DNA of 55,662 bases, the filler included, from Platydemus manokwari (taxonomy: Eukaryota): assembly GCA_037951405.1 (NCBI GenBank). It is 5 parts of 5 records of this genome, joined end to end, with 100 filler letters (N's around TTAATTAATTAA, not from the genome) between each part and the next. Parts side by side here need not be neighbours in the genome. Positions count along the whole stretch, not along the records: positions 1 to 12,370 come from JBBMOY010168899.1; 4 more parts are not named here. One strand, 5' to 3'. Shown one piece after another: positions 1-12,470 of the stretch. Numbering within the stretch: the first letter of the stretch is position 1; the number at the start of each line of letters is the position of its first letter. Position numbers and translations under genes: made by a program. The notes below the pieces were generated by a model. The model was given only the letters and a program-made list of their open reading frames with translations, was not told the DNA's origin and did no database searches.

Positions 1-699
1 AATGTAATTGTTTAATAATATATTCAGTTAAGTAATTCTTGTTATTAAATCTTAAAAGTGAATAGAATTTCGGTAAGTTGACAATGAAAAATCCTAACCC
101 GACTAACGAAATTTATGTTATATATTAATGAAGCTTAAAAATATATGGATGGTAATTATTTAGATATCTTAGAAGCATTCTCAGTTGAAAGTACAATATG
201 TGAAAAATGAATGATTGGTTAGGAATAAATAGTCAATAAAAGTAATGTACCGAAAGAAACATGTAAATAATATTATTTAGGTAAAACATTTTTGTTAAAA
301 TGTTAATGAAATGTCAAAATATAAACAACGGCTGATTAGTTATATTAAAGTTTTTCAATCGGTAATCACTAGTATACTTAAAAAATTGTAAAATCCTTGG
401 TAATAAGTCGATGATCGGTAAAACCCCGTGAATTATATTTTGGGAGGCTCAACCTCATATTATTGTATTCAGGCGTTCATCAGCTTGACCTCTGAATCAT
501 TGTCACTTGGATCTTCTTCGCGGTGCATTTTCCTCTTTATTGATTTTCTCAAGATGGAAATTTCATTGAAGGTAACTCGCTTTGATATTCGATGATATTC
601 TATTTTCACAATTCGGTTAATGAACTTCTGATAGAATCAAAACTTTTTAATTACTGAATCGTTTTGTGTGTGCTTTAAGTGCAAAACACTCTTATAAAA

Positions 700-2000
700 A
701 AAGGATATTCGGTTAGATATTAAAATTTTGCCGCATTTTTGAATGACTTGTTGAACTAGGCAAACTTTTCAAGGTTTTTATATTCTCAACATCCATTAAT
801 CTTAGTTTGTCTATGGGTCATTTGAAGCCAACTAAGAAGATTATTAATATTCATTCACTAACAATTTGGAGTTCTACTCTCATTTTGGATTTTGTGAATT
901 GGTGTTCTCAATCAGTGTAAATCTTGTTATTAAACTACTTTATTTGTTATTACTTCCATAATTTTATGATGTTTAAATGGTCCAAATAAGTTTGGGGGAG
1001 GACACATTGTAAAAAAGTGCGTTTATGACTTTGAATCAAATAAATAATTTCTGAAGGACATGATCCTTACTTATTTCTTGTTAATTATAGGAAATGTGTT
1101 GGAACAGTATTTATTTAGAAATTAAAATTCACTAATAGAGGGATCTCTACAAAATACTACTTTCTCCAATATAGGAGTAACTAGCGGAGATAAAGCTATT
1201 GTATGTATTACTTCTGATCTACTTGCACCAATTATTTGATGGAGTCAAATAAAGCATTCCTGGAGGACTTTAGGGATATCTTTAATTTTTGATTGGACCT
1301 ACAATAACATGAAAGATATTTTGAAAATCTATAAAAAGATTTCGTCACCCAGGAAAGGAAAATGAAGTAATAGGTTTTGGTAATACATTTTAAGATAGTC
1401 AAGAGAATTTCCTGCAACAAGATTGAAAGACTATCAGATTTAGTAGGATCAAATTTAAATCTGAGTTTTCAGCCTAAATGATAAAATGTATTGATCATCT
1501 TTGTCACCATCGTTATTTTTCGCGATGATGTCAATCTTGTTAACATAGCCAAAACACAATAGGCAATGAATGACGACAATAAGAATGATATTTTTGCAAG
1601 ACTACGTTTTTATTAGGATCTGATTAGTGGTGATGTTGAAAAGCAACAGAAATGTTGGGGATCTTTGCCCTACACATTTACACAGATCTTGATTGGATAT
1701 GTAAGGTATTCATTTAAAGAAAAGGATGTGCTACATACTTAGTACATCAACACTACCGTTTGAGATACTTATAAATTCCTACTTGGCCAAAATTGTATCA
1801 ACATTATTTTACGGTATGGAATTTTAAATTTCTCAAAAGGTGATGCGTATGTCGCATTGTTATGATGTTTTTCGAGAGCTACTCGAAGTAAAGAGTTGTT
1901 TTGTGAAAGCGTCAATTGGCCCGTATTCACTTGCTAAGATATAGATCTTTTATGTACAGTCAAGAAGAGCGACTAGTAAGTAAGATACAACTAAGCTGTT
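700..2000 (-). mobile_element. Heavily decayed LTR-retrotransposon pol remnant (RT/integrase-like fragments)
   Basis: Manual minus-strand reading gives broken fragments such as TYASPFEKFKIP (like RT 'TAFxTPFGKYEF') and IYTD*EHQFT (like integrase 'IxSDNGxQFT'). Many stops; boundaries are approximate. Confidence 0.3.
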
Positions 2001-5000
2001 GTGTCCTTATTTAATCGGTTGAAAATCATAACCATATGATGATTTCTCTATTCAAAATGAATCGATTTTTTTTCAATCGATACATTTTTCAATGATACAC
2101 ATCAACATTAATATTGTAATGATTGTTTACCTGAGAGACTGGTTTAGGTCATATCACTTCAGTCTTGGTAGGAACGGAATGACAGATATTTAAGGAGTTA
2201 CGAATTCAGTCATTTAGAATATTTCTGGTCTCACAGTTGTCAATACAATGAGAAGAGTACTGCGAATATTTACATAACCGGTTTTGCACTAAGATCTGTG
2301 TGTAAGATCTGTTGATTTTAATTAAAATTATTTACTATATACTTTCTGAAAGGGGAATTGAGCTTAGTATTTGAAGATTTCTATGTTCAGTGTTCTATTT
2401 GGAGAATAATATAATTCACAATATTTGTTCTTGATCACTGAATCATTGATTTGGTTGGTATAAGGTTTAGCTATAGTTGCTAGTTGCTTCTTTATTTTAA
2501 ATTGGCCAAAGAACGACGTTACATTTCAGTTTTCACAAATTGTATAATTAATTTAACCTTGCTTAGCTAATAAATTAAGTAATTTTTTGGACTCACTCGA
2601 TCTGTCGATAAGTATAATCGATCGAAGAGTAATTTCGATCGAATCTGTAATTAATAATCAAGTTGAAGACAAATTCCAGCTTGATTATTTGTGCTTACCG
2701 AAGTCAAATTCGTCTACCACCATTTACAGTATAATAAAGTTGAACATAGGTTTGTTCAAATTTCAAATCGTTAGCCTGTTAATTAAGGGTATTATAATTT
2801 ATTTTCAGTTAAGCCAAAAATCATAAATCAAATTAATAGCTCCATATGAGAAGAATGAAACATTACATGATCTTGGAGTAAGAAAAAAACACACGAATTA
2901 AATATGCAATATAATTCATGGCATAGGAATAAAAAGGAAAGTTTTTCAGCAATCAACAACAATGAAATAACTATGCTTAGTTTAATAAAGAAGGTCGTTG
3001 ATAAGAAAGAGGTAGCGTAAATTTAGTCAATGATGAATATGTTTAACGAAGAAAACATTAACATTGACATACAAAGTGTCATAAAACATTCTTGATTTAC
3101 ATAGAAATGGAGATAAATTTAGCAAGACTAACTCGACAGGAATATCGGGATCCAGATATCGATTCCCTTATTAAGTGGATGTATCGGATATGTAAGATGA
3201 ATTTCAAAATAATATCATTTAAAATAATGGGAATAGACAAAGGATAAATGAGCTGTAAATTGATGGATCGGAAATAAACAAAATTGTAAAAGTCTTACCA
3301 CATGAGTATGAATGATCGATATTATGTTGAAGGCTCAGCATATAAAATATGGTAGGAAATTCGAACAAAAGCATGCAAGAGAAATAATATATAACTTAAA
3401 AATAAACAGATTAATGCATGACATTGCAAAGGAAGTAGATTAATATCTGAAGTACAGTAGAAGCAAGTTTCCATAACCAATAATTAAATATTTGGTGTAA
3501 AGATATGTTAATCCAGGATTAACACTATTGTTTTTGAGGTTGGGTCTTATTTTTATTATGATTCACTGTATATTTTTCAACGCTATTTGATTTATTTAAA
3601 ATTTATTTGCGCAATATCAGAGTCAAGTCAAACTACTGGAGTCCTTATAACCCACAGGTAAACAACAAACCTATTATTTTTTGGTATTCTTTCGCGTCAA
3701 TCGTATCGATCCTCGTGTGAAGACGGGGTGAACGGCTCAACGATATTGCTTGAAAATATCAGTTTCAATTTAGCCTTATGCACCTTTCAAAAAGGTGATG
3801 AAATGATAATGAAATGTACTGTTAATGAAATGAACTTTATGACACTCGCCAAAACCAACTATCCTTTTAAAATACGCTTTTATTATGAATTAAACAATTA
3901 CAAAATGACTACCTGTATACGATCAATTTATAGAACAATGTTTCTATACATTTAAACAACAAGATGTTAACAATTCCGGGGAAGCTCTGGTTAATAGTGT
4001 TTCAAATAGGAGTAAAACCAATCAACCAAGATAATTGGGATTAACCATACAGATATGAAAAATATGCGGTTGTTTATAAATTATAGATGATTTTATAATT
4101 ATTAAATCTTACTTTATCTTCCCATACAATTGATGTTCTTCCAGTATGAATACTAGGCATATACAAAGTCTGGATGTCTCTGCAATAAATTCCTCTATCA
4201 TAGAGAGAAATTCTCTATGTTAGCTATTCTAATGCATGGGTTTTTATGTTTAATCCATGGCTATTAAATTTTATGCATGAATATTTATTTAATGTATAGC
4301 TATTTATTTTATTCTAGGTGTATAGTTTGTCTGCAGTGCGCGATAATACATAACGGGTTATTTATTATTATTATTTTATAGCTATTTTTTATTGTAGGGA
4401 AAATTTTAAAGGATTTTCAAATTGTAATATTTCAAAGGATATTTTAAACGGGTAATACACTATTATTTTTGGTCTAATTTATATTGTATTTAATTTATGT
4501 CAATCGAGAAGCTTTCCAGATTTTTTTACAACAAAAATATCCAATATTATTTCATGAGGGATTCTTTTTATACATCGATACAATGGTGGGTTAAATACAC
4601 AATATCAAGGATAAAGATAAAATAACATGCATATAATTCTCATAAAGTACACGATCTTTTTCAAAACCTTAACAAAAGGAACAATAAATGAGTCAGAAGA
4701 AGGAAATGAAAATGGACAGATCAATACAATCTTTAAGAAAACTTCTCTGCCTATATTAGCTGAAGGAATTAGATGAGGAATTAGGAAAAATAAAGACTCA
4801 CTAATGCTGAGTGAAATTGTATTTGAGAATATAGATTATGAGGCATGTATTAGTTATTTTAGGAATGGAATTACATATTAATATGACTGCCGAAATACAC
4901 GATTAAAGTAGTTTCATTGACTACAAAACTCACTGGAATATTAGTGGAGAAATAACAACCAATGAAATAGTTAAGGAAATCCAGATCCTAAGTATTAGGG

Positions 5001-6334
5001 GACTACTGGTGTGAAGGCCAACGTGATTCTAATAATCACTAACATCAGTCGACACCAATAATAAAGACCATTTATACAAAGCAAACATTTTGCAATTACA
5101 TTAATATATTATCACCACTTCATGAAGAATGCGTCTTCTATCTTATTAAAGAATAAAAACTGTCAATACTAGAGCTAATGTAGAGCTGATATTGGAAACA
5201 CTGTCGAGATGTTAAACAATCACTGTTGATTGAATATTAGAATGAACTGAAAAATGAGGTCAGAAAGTCAAGGGGAACACGATAATGAATGGGGTCTTAA
5301 AATGTACATATTAGTTATGATATTAAGTTACGAATATGAGGAAATGTGAACAGTGAACATAAGAATTCAATGGAACGGTCAAGAGATTTTAAAGTGTAAC
5401 GATTAAGGAATGATTAAAATTAATCTTATCATTCAACAAAAGCGAGCTACATTTCAATAATAATTTCAATAATAATAATAAGAGAATAATAATTATCGGA
5501 ATAAATAAATATTGAAATAATAATTAAACACAGAATAGAGGGCAAAAAGAAGTGTTATATATTCCACTCAATATTCAAATACTATGAAGTAGATCTTGAT
5601 AACAAATATTATGGTGAGTGAACAGAAGAACCACATGAATCAGCAAGGAAATTACCCAGACAGTTCAGTAATTTATGGTAGAAAAAGTTATAGTTAGGTG
5701 TCAAATGTGTTATCATTTCCATGGACCAGTGTGGAAATAAAATGCCTATTGAAACGTCACCAAAGCTAACTATACCTGAAGAGATATTGATGGTTTCAAT
5801 ACTACTAAAGCTAACACGTAATTATCAATTAAAAGTGACCAGGAAAAAGATGCTGAGAGCAATAGAACACGAGTTGACATGATTGGTATTTATCAATAAT
5901 CAGAAATAATTGCCCCTATTAATAAAATAATTATCTGTGTTACTTAACTGTCTGGAAACAAGATTTGTGAATTTTTAAGTGGGGCGCTTATCCGAAGGAA
6001 TACAATTAATTAAATTTCAGCGATTTTATTTACAAAATTGAATATAAACTGATAATTTAAAAAGAAGTTTAAAAAAGTTAAAATTGTTATCACCGATTTT
6101 AAAATATTTAACAACTTAGCTAATCATTCTACAATAAATAATAAGTGTAAACTTCAAAATTTTCTCGTGTTGTTGTTCATACTTTTCACAATTCATTATT
6201 ATAATTAACAAGAATACTAGATAATTAACATCATATCACTAAATACTTTATTATAGCTTTGAATAATTATAAAATTTTTTCATTTAAATCACAATAAAAA
6301 GAATAAATTAATATTGACAAATAAAACATAATTA

Positions 6335-7495
6335 TTATCGAATAACGAATTTTGCATGCATTTTTTCGGATTCTGTTACCGGAAAAGAATTCGTGTCATT
6401 CGATGAATCAATTGGATCCCGGCTAAAGATATCCGATCGTTCGAGACTTTTAATTGATAACAAAGTGTCGTTTCTAACATTATACATCAAATCAAAACTA
6501 TCTCTTTTAATCACTTTCATAACTTTGGATACGATTGTCATTCTCAATGGTTTTTGAATTATAAAAAACGGTAAAAATGAAAATGAACAAAACCCTAGAG
6601 GAAAGAAGAAATGAATTTTAATAGCAAAATTAAAGTACTCCTTACTATATCGAAATGCAGGATAATATCTAACAATAGTTAGGGGAAGAATAAAAATTAT
6701 AAGCATAATATATAATGCTAAATTAGTATTGTCTCTCATTTTATTGGTAATAATGAAAATATTTTTAGTCGATAAATTTGACAATCCAACTCCTGCATTA
6801 GGATCGATTTTGAAAAATTTACTAATAATGGCCACAAAATTTAAGGATATCATCACTATAGGAATTAAATTTAAAAATAATAAATCAAATATAATGTTCA
6901 GATGAAACACATCATATTTGAAGAGAACATAACCATAAAACGTAGAGTTGTACGAACATTCGAAATAATATGAAATCTCTTGTACTTCTAAACATACCAT
7001 AACAAGTGAGATGAATAATATAATAGCTACCATATCTACTGTATGTTTTTTATAAATAAAAATCCGTCCTTCAAAACAATGGAAATAACTTATTATTTTC
7101 TGATAACCAAAAAGACAGATGATTAAAATTTGTGTATACAGAAAAAAATTTGACATTAATAATCCAGAAATAGAATACAATACTAAAGCATGAGATGCAG
7201 TCATTTTTATCGTAAAGATGACTGGAAATACAAAGAAAAAATAAAAAATCGAATTCACACAAAACGCTGATGCTAAAATTAAAAAATGTGGTTGGATATA
7301 AATGATGGATTTTTCAGATAACGAAATCAAGAGAAAAACATGTCCAATTAATCCAATGCTTACCATTGGGATCCATAAACCATGTTGGAGATATTGAATA
7401 AACATGTCGTTATTATCGAAATAAATCAAGTTTCGTCGGCATTGCCGTAATTCATAACTTCCGTTCGATAAAGAATAAACCGGTAATATCGACAT
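6335..7495 (-). CDS. Divergent rhodopsin-like (class A) 7-transmembrane GPCR, single exon
   Basis: 386-aa uninterrupted ORF in AT-rich DNA with about 7 hydrophobic segments. TM1 IGLIGHVFLL (GN-like), TM2 ILASAFCVNS, TM3 end GYQKII, TM5 NLIPIVMI, TM6 FILPLTI, and a hydrophilic Ser/Thr-rich C-tail. Confidence 0.75.
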   Translation of the reverse strand: MSILPVYSLSNGSYELRQCRRNLIYFDNNDMFIQYLQHGLWIPMVSIGLIGHVFLLISLSEKSIIYIQPHFLILASAFCVNSIFYFFFVFPVIFTIKMTASHALVLYSISGLLMSNFFLYTQILIICLFGYQKIISYFHCFEGRIFIYKKHTVDMVAIILFISLVMVCLEVQEISYYFECSYNSTFYGYVLFKYDVFHLNIIFDLLFLNLIPIVMISLNFVAIISKFFKIDPNAGVGLSNLSTKNIFIITNKMRDNTNLALYIMLIIFILPLTIVRYYPAFRYSKEYFNFAIKIHFFFPLGFCSFSFLPFFIIQKPLRMTIVSKVMKVIKRDSFDLMYNVRNDTLLSIKSLERSDIFSRDPIDSSNDTNSFPVTESEKMHAKFVIR

Positions 7496-8687
7496 CGAGT
7501 TTTATGAATCTAATTAAACTGGTATATTGATTAATATAGACATTTTAATGATCTCGATTTTATTCGTTATTTGAATACTTATAATAAAGGGATAAAGTAT
7601 ATAAATGGTGCTTTTAAGACGTATTAAATTGATAATCAGCACTATTTAAATAAAACAAATTATTATTTTAAATACCAGTTCATAATGGAAAATATCTGAT
7701 CTTTAGTAGATATATTAATTGATTTCAGTAAAAATTATGAAAATAATTTCGCTGTATTTATGAAAAATTCCTAACAATATCAGAAATTTTTAGCAATGGT
7801 GCTGAAACCCATATGGGTTTGCTTGCATTGTTGAACGTGAAACAAAAATAAAACAAGGTACCTACGATAAACCCTCAAAAGGTTCGACACAGATAGACTC
7901 GATAAGCACACGTGTCAATAATTATTTAGATGCCTCCAAAATACAAATCCATAAATAAAATTTGATTGTCAATTGGCGCAAATCAACAAGAGGCAACAAA
8001 CACAAATATGAATCAACGGAACAAGAGTTAGAAGAGAACTTACTAACAAACTAGTTAGTAGACTGTTTCGACGAATAGAAAAGGTTAAGCCAACAAGTGA
8101 ACAGAAATAGTATGCCTATAAAAGGAGTCAGATTTGGGAGGTAATTAGCAATTTTCTTTGATCGGTAATTTTAACTGTCTTATTTTTTGCGTGATTATTT
8201 TAATAACCAATCTTTTGTGGTTGTTGTTGCTATTTCTATTCTAACTTGCGGATATTCATGCCTCTGTGAACTGACTTTATTGACTTTGCTCTTGATCGTC
8301 AAATTAATTTTAAACTGTACTTTTGTGATTATAATTACATATTTGAATATTACGCTTTAGTAGATATCTAAGAGCAAAGAAGCATTTTTTCCATATCTGT
8401 TTTATTAATGATAAAGTCAAATAAAATTTTTGTAATAATGAAAAGGGAGAACTATTTCCCTCTTCATATGATCGAATATTAAAAATCATATACTCTGAAT
8501 TTTATTTGGATTTCAGTTAAAGATGAATATTGGTAGGATACTCCTGAATAACTAACTAATCGCTGATTCTAAAAATCATAAGGCTAAATCTTTATTATAA
8601 CTACGAGCTACTTAGAACGACTTATAAAATAAATATACTCAACATACTTCTCAAAATATTAAAAAAAAACCTGACTGTCAACTGGCG

Positions 8688-8823
8688 GTTGGCCATCTTT
8701 AAATAGATATTTATATTCAAGACGTGTGTAATTTTTGTGTCATGTTTTATCACATTTTTTTGCTTTTTTATGTTACATTGTTATTTTTAGTCTTTGCATT
8801 AATAAGGTTGGTCAATTCCTATG
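8688..8823 (+). repeat. Dispersed repeat, copy A (related to copies at ~13541 and ~28765)
   Basis: Shares gttggccatcttta...tgtgtaatttttgtgtca...atcacatttt and ttggtcaat with 13541-13690. Confidence 0.6.
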
Positions 8824-9743
8824 CATGGTTACTATGAATGTGCGGTGTGTAAGTATGCAAACAATAGTTTCAAGGTGCAAATTAGTTTTTTTTGCAGAAT
8901 TTCATCTCACTCAACAATATGCAAAGTCACTTAAAAGAGCAACAATTTTTAGGCCAATTTTTCTCGTCGTATATATGTAAGTTTGAATTTTCAAATCTCA
9001 TTAATATGAACAATAAAACTAATCATGATTGAAAAATATCGAAGATGAACTGGGAATTACTCTGACTGAAAAAAATAAAATAGCATAATTAAAAAAACAT
9101 CGCAAATCACATATTTTACATTGACTGGTTTTTTCGAATATAAATTCATTTGATCAATATAAAGTTTTTTGTTGGCGAAAATTTTATTTGTTTAATTATT
9201 TTTATATTTTATTATTAATAGAATTATTTGCTTAACGCATATATACAACATAAGTATATATAAAAATGTGTTAATATTATTTTTCCCATTAGTTATTTAA
9301 TTTAAAATTTCTTCTTCAATGACGCCGTAGATGTGCCATGGTAAATTCAATGAAGAGGATGTCACTAAAACAAAAAGATTGAGAATAAAGTAATATGCTC
9401 TAACTAAAATTAGTTTTTGATTTTTAGATTTATAAACTTAATTAATATTAATCTAACTAGAAAATAATAGCACTAACAAATGTGCACTATAAGAAAATTT
9501 TTGTTCAAAATATCTAGTACTGATTAAATCGAATAAAATCCAACGTAATAAAAATATCTTTTCTCATGCAAGATTACAATAAACCTTAAACTTCATTAAA
9601 GTCTCATTCATAATATGATTATCTAAATACGAAGAAACGGCTAACGATTTTATTTTCGATGTATTAATATTCTTTCATTAATATTATGCATTACGAACTT
9701 CTTTTGTGCGAAACAATTAATTAAAATGTAAAAGATTCACCGC

Positions 9744-9906
9744 TGTTAATCACAAGACTTTTTAATAAGGGAACCTTTATTTAGAACAATTAGAATGTTA
9801 TATATCATCACATTTCTGATGATGTAATCAGATCATGGGAGGTTAAATGGTTAGTATCAACTGATAGTTGTGCAATCACTAATCTCATTTACGCATCTCC
9901 CTTACA
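9744..9906 (-). repeat. 3' LTR of the Gag-only element
   Basis: Minus strand reads TGTAAGGGAG...GATTAACA and contains AATAAA. Direct repeat of 10874-11036. Confidence 0.92.
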
Positions 9907-9927
9907 TCCCCTCTATTTTAAAATCTT

Positions 9928-10874
9928 TCAACCATAGTCATTTATGGCATTGAATTGTCTCTGCCCATCTGATTTTGAATAAAATGATCCTTTCGACTGT
10001 GAATCCCATCTGTCTCGATTCAGAAAGTTCTCGAAGTATCGTCGTGAGGGTGCACTGTCATCCTTTTCTCTGCAGTATCTAGTACTTGCTTGGTTGGATA
10101 CTCTCCATTGATATTGAAAATGTCCATTTCTACAGCAGTCAAGGCAGTTTACATTGTTGCATTGAGCTCTGATGTGTCCAAGTTGACCGCAAGCCCAGCA
10201 TCGTCGAGTTTTTTTCCACTTGTTTCGATATCGCCCGTTTAGTGGCTGCCTTTTCGTATCATGCTGACGACTTGAGAGTTGGCTTTTTCCAATTGGAGCA
10301 TTCCACTGCTTAGCATTCTTTGTTATATTTGCATATGACACTTTCTTAAAAATAGCAGCAAGTGATTGTTCTCCCTCGATTTCTTTTTGGATGTCTTCCA
10401 GCTTCTGAATGATGTCTTTTGCTCGATGCACCGTTCTTACTTCCCGCATTTTCATCTCTTTTTTTTTATTTCCACGTCTTTAATTGCGTGTTGAGTCAAA
10501 AACATCATCAATAACGGCTTGCTTAATTTATGCCTAAGAATATTGTCTGTTAATTTCTCCATTTTTTCGAAGAATTCATTGCAACTTTCTTCCTTTCCTT
10601 TCCGGTATCTTAATGCTTCATCAAGATCTGTAGCGAGGTTCATTTTAGGCTCGAACACTTTTCTAAGCCTCTCTTCAAAACCTCTTCCTTCGGTGGCCTC
10701 ATATATTGGCAGCAGTTATATTGAGATAAAAGCCTTTACCAGTATTTCTTCAAATTCTGTTGAAAGTTGAGTCAATTCGAAGAATCTCTTCATTTCAATG
10801 ATGAACTTGTCCAAATCATCTTTTGACTTCAATTGTTCAGGATGTTTGATATAACTCTGGACGTTGGTCGCCAT
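9928..10874 (-). pseudogene. gag: Retrotransposon Gag with two zinc knuckles, disrupted by one in-frame TAA and one frameshift
   Basis: ATG at 10874 gives MATNVQSYIKHPEQLKSKDDLDKFIIEMKRFFEL...; TAA at 10716-10718; the same frame continues as ORF 10452..10658; frameshift near the A-run at ~10455-10468; then CWACGQLGHIRAQC (CX2CX4HX4C) and the degenerate CLDCCRNGHFQYQW. Confidence 0.85.
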
Positions 10875-11036
10875 GTTAATCCTAAGGCTTTTTAATAAGG
10901 GAACATTTATTTAGAACAATTAGAATGTTATGTATCATCACATTTCTGATGATGTAATCATATCATGGGAGGTTAAATGCTTATTGACAACTGATAGTTG
11001 CGCAATCACTAATATCATTTACGCATCTCCCTTACA
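10874..11036 (-). repeat. 5' LTR of the Gag-only element
   Basis: Direct repeat of 9744-9906, followed immediately on the minus strand by the TGG-initiated PBS. Confidence 0.92.
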
Positions 11037-12370
11037 ATTAGATTATTATTATTATTACTATTATTATGTTCTAATAGCATTATTATAATTCCAAGTTATA
11101 ATGCACTTATTTTCCTGCTAACATTTTAAATCGTCAAACTAATTTCAAACCATTTGATTTATGAGTTCCAAGATGTCAAATGAATGAGAAAAATATATTT
11201 TGTCGTTTTCACAAAATCTTGTTGTAAATTTTTGCTCACCAAACATAAAATTTGATATGTATGCTGGTAACCACCCGATGTTGCTTTCCATATTTTGTTG
11301 GAAATGTTTCAATTAAATGAAATTAGATATTTATCAGAATAATAATCGTGATGCAACCAAAATGAGCTACATTTATTGATTATATTTATAAAAATTTATT
11401 TATGAAAAGAGCACACTGATAATTATTTGTGTACGATTTCTGCTCATATTATGAACAATTATACGATTTTCTGAAATTTCATCATTTCACAAACGTCCAA
11501 CCCGAATAACAAACCGATTGATGACAAATGTTTAGCAAATTAAGTCAAAAAAATATAGGATCGACATCCAATACGGAAATGTTATTGTAGTAGACAGTGT
11601 CGATGTTTTGAAACATCATCAACACAGAATCATACACACAGTTAATTTATATTTCCAATATTTGCATTTTTTGAATTGAAAATGTGTATTTTGCTTGAAA
11701 ATAAATGCCATTTGACAAACATACACACGCAAACACCGATATATATTTTCCCAACATTTTTTCACAGATAAAATTGAATTAAAAAATTCAATATTAATTT
11801 TATTAAACATTTTTTATCGTAAAAAATCCATTAAAAATATATTTATTTGACTTTACTGACTTATAATGACGTAATTAATTGATAAAAATATTCCCGCTTA
11901 TGTTCCCACACATTAATTTGTAATTATTTATGTTCGTTAAATTATTTTTTATCACATCACAATCATTGGAAATGTTTACCAAAATGTGATCGATAAAAAA
12001 TTCAGTTAATATTAAAATATGTAATTTTTGTTAGAATCGACAAATGTTTCTGGGAAGATTAATATTATTTTCAGCTTAAGTTAAGAAAAAGGGTCCTTTG
12101 ACCTATTTTCGATATAATGAAATTTCCCGCACGAGATAATTTTTAATGACTTTATTTTGTATATAACTGCTCAGTTTCATTAATTCATATAATTCAGCTA
12201 ATATCTCATTTTTTAAGATGTCTAATAGAGACAAAACATACTTTTAAGACCAAGTTCCCATTCTAATCAGAACACTTCTATATGATTATTTGAGTTTTTA
12301 AATTTAAATTTTTATAATTATAAATCAAGTTAGTTAATTACAGACATGTTTAATAATATCATTGGTTATT

Positions 12371-12470
12371 NNNNNNNNNNNNNNNNNNNNNNNNNNNNNN
12401 NNNNNNNNNNNNNNTTAATTAATTAANNNNNNNNNNNNNNNNNNNNNNNNNNNNNNNNNNNNNNNNNNNN
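12371..12470. other. Assembly gap with artificial TTAATTAATTAA linker
   Basis: 100-bp N-run with a central six-frame stop linker. The same structure recurs three more times. Confidence 0.95.

Larger units (their letters stand above)
9744..11036 (-). mobile_element. Small (1293 bp) Gag-only LTR retroelement with no pol
   Basis: Two 163-bp direct repeats (9744-9906, 10874-11036) with TG...CA ends and 12 mismatches by manual count. PBS TGGCGACCAACGT follows the 5' LTR, PPT AAAATAGAGGGGA precedes the 3' LTR, and a gag frame with CCHC knuckles fills the interior. Confidence 0.92.

Noticed and set aside
2850-5900. Purine-rich stretches resembling decayed retroelement coding sequence
   Set aside because: No motif clear enough to support a call by eye.
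7820-8440. Possible solo LTR (TATA-like cctataaaag, purine/pyrimidine-biased halves)
   Set aside because: No partner copy, definable ends or TSD found in the window.
10716-10718. In-frame TAA in gag as programmed readthrough or an alternative genetic code
   Set aside because: Host genes here end in TAA/TAG normally, and the element also has a frameshift and diverged LTRs, so simple decay explains it.
12415-12426. Recurrent palindromic TTAATTAATTAA inside N-runs (also at ~22122, ~32888, ~43916)
   Set aside because: Artificial scaffolding linker with stops in all six frames; not biological.
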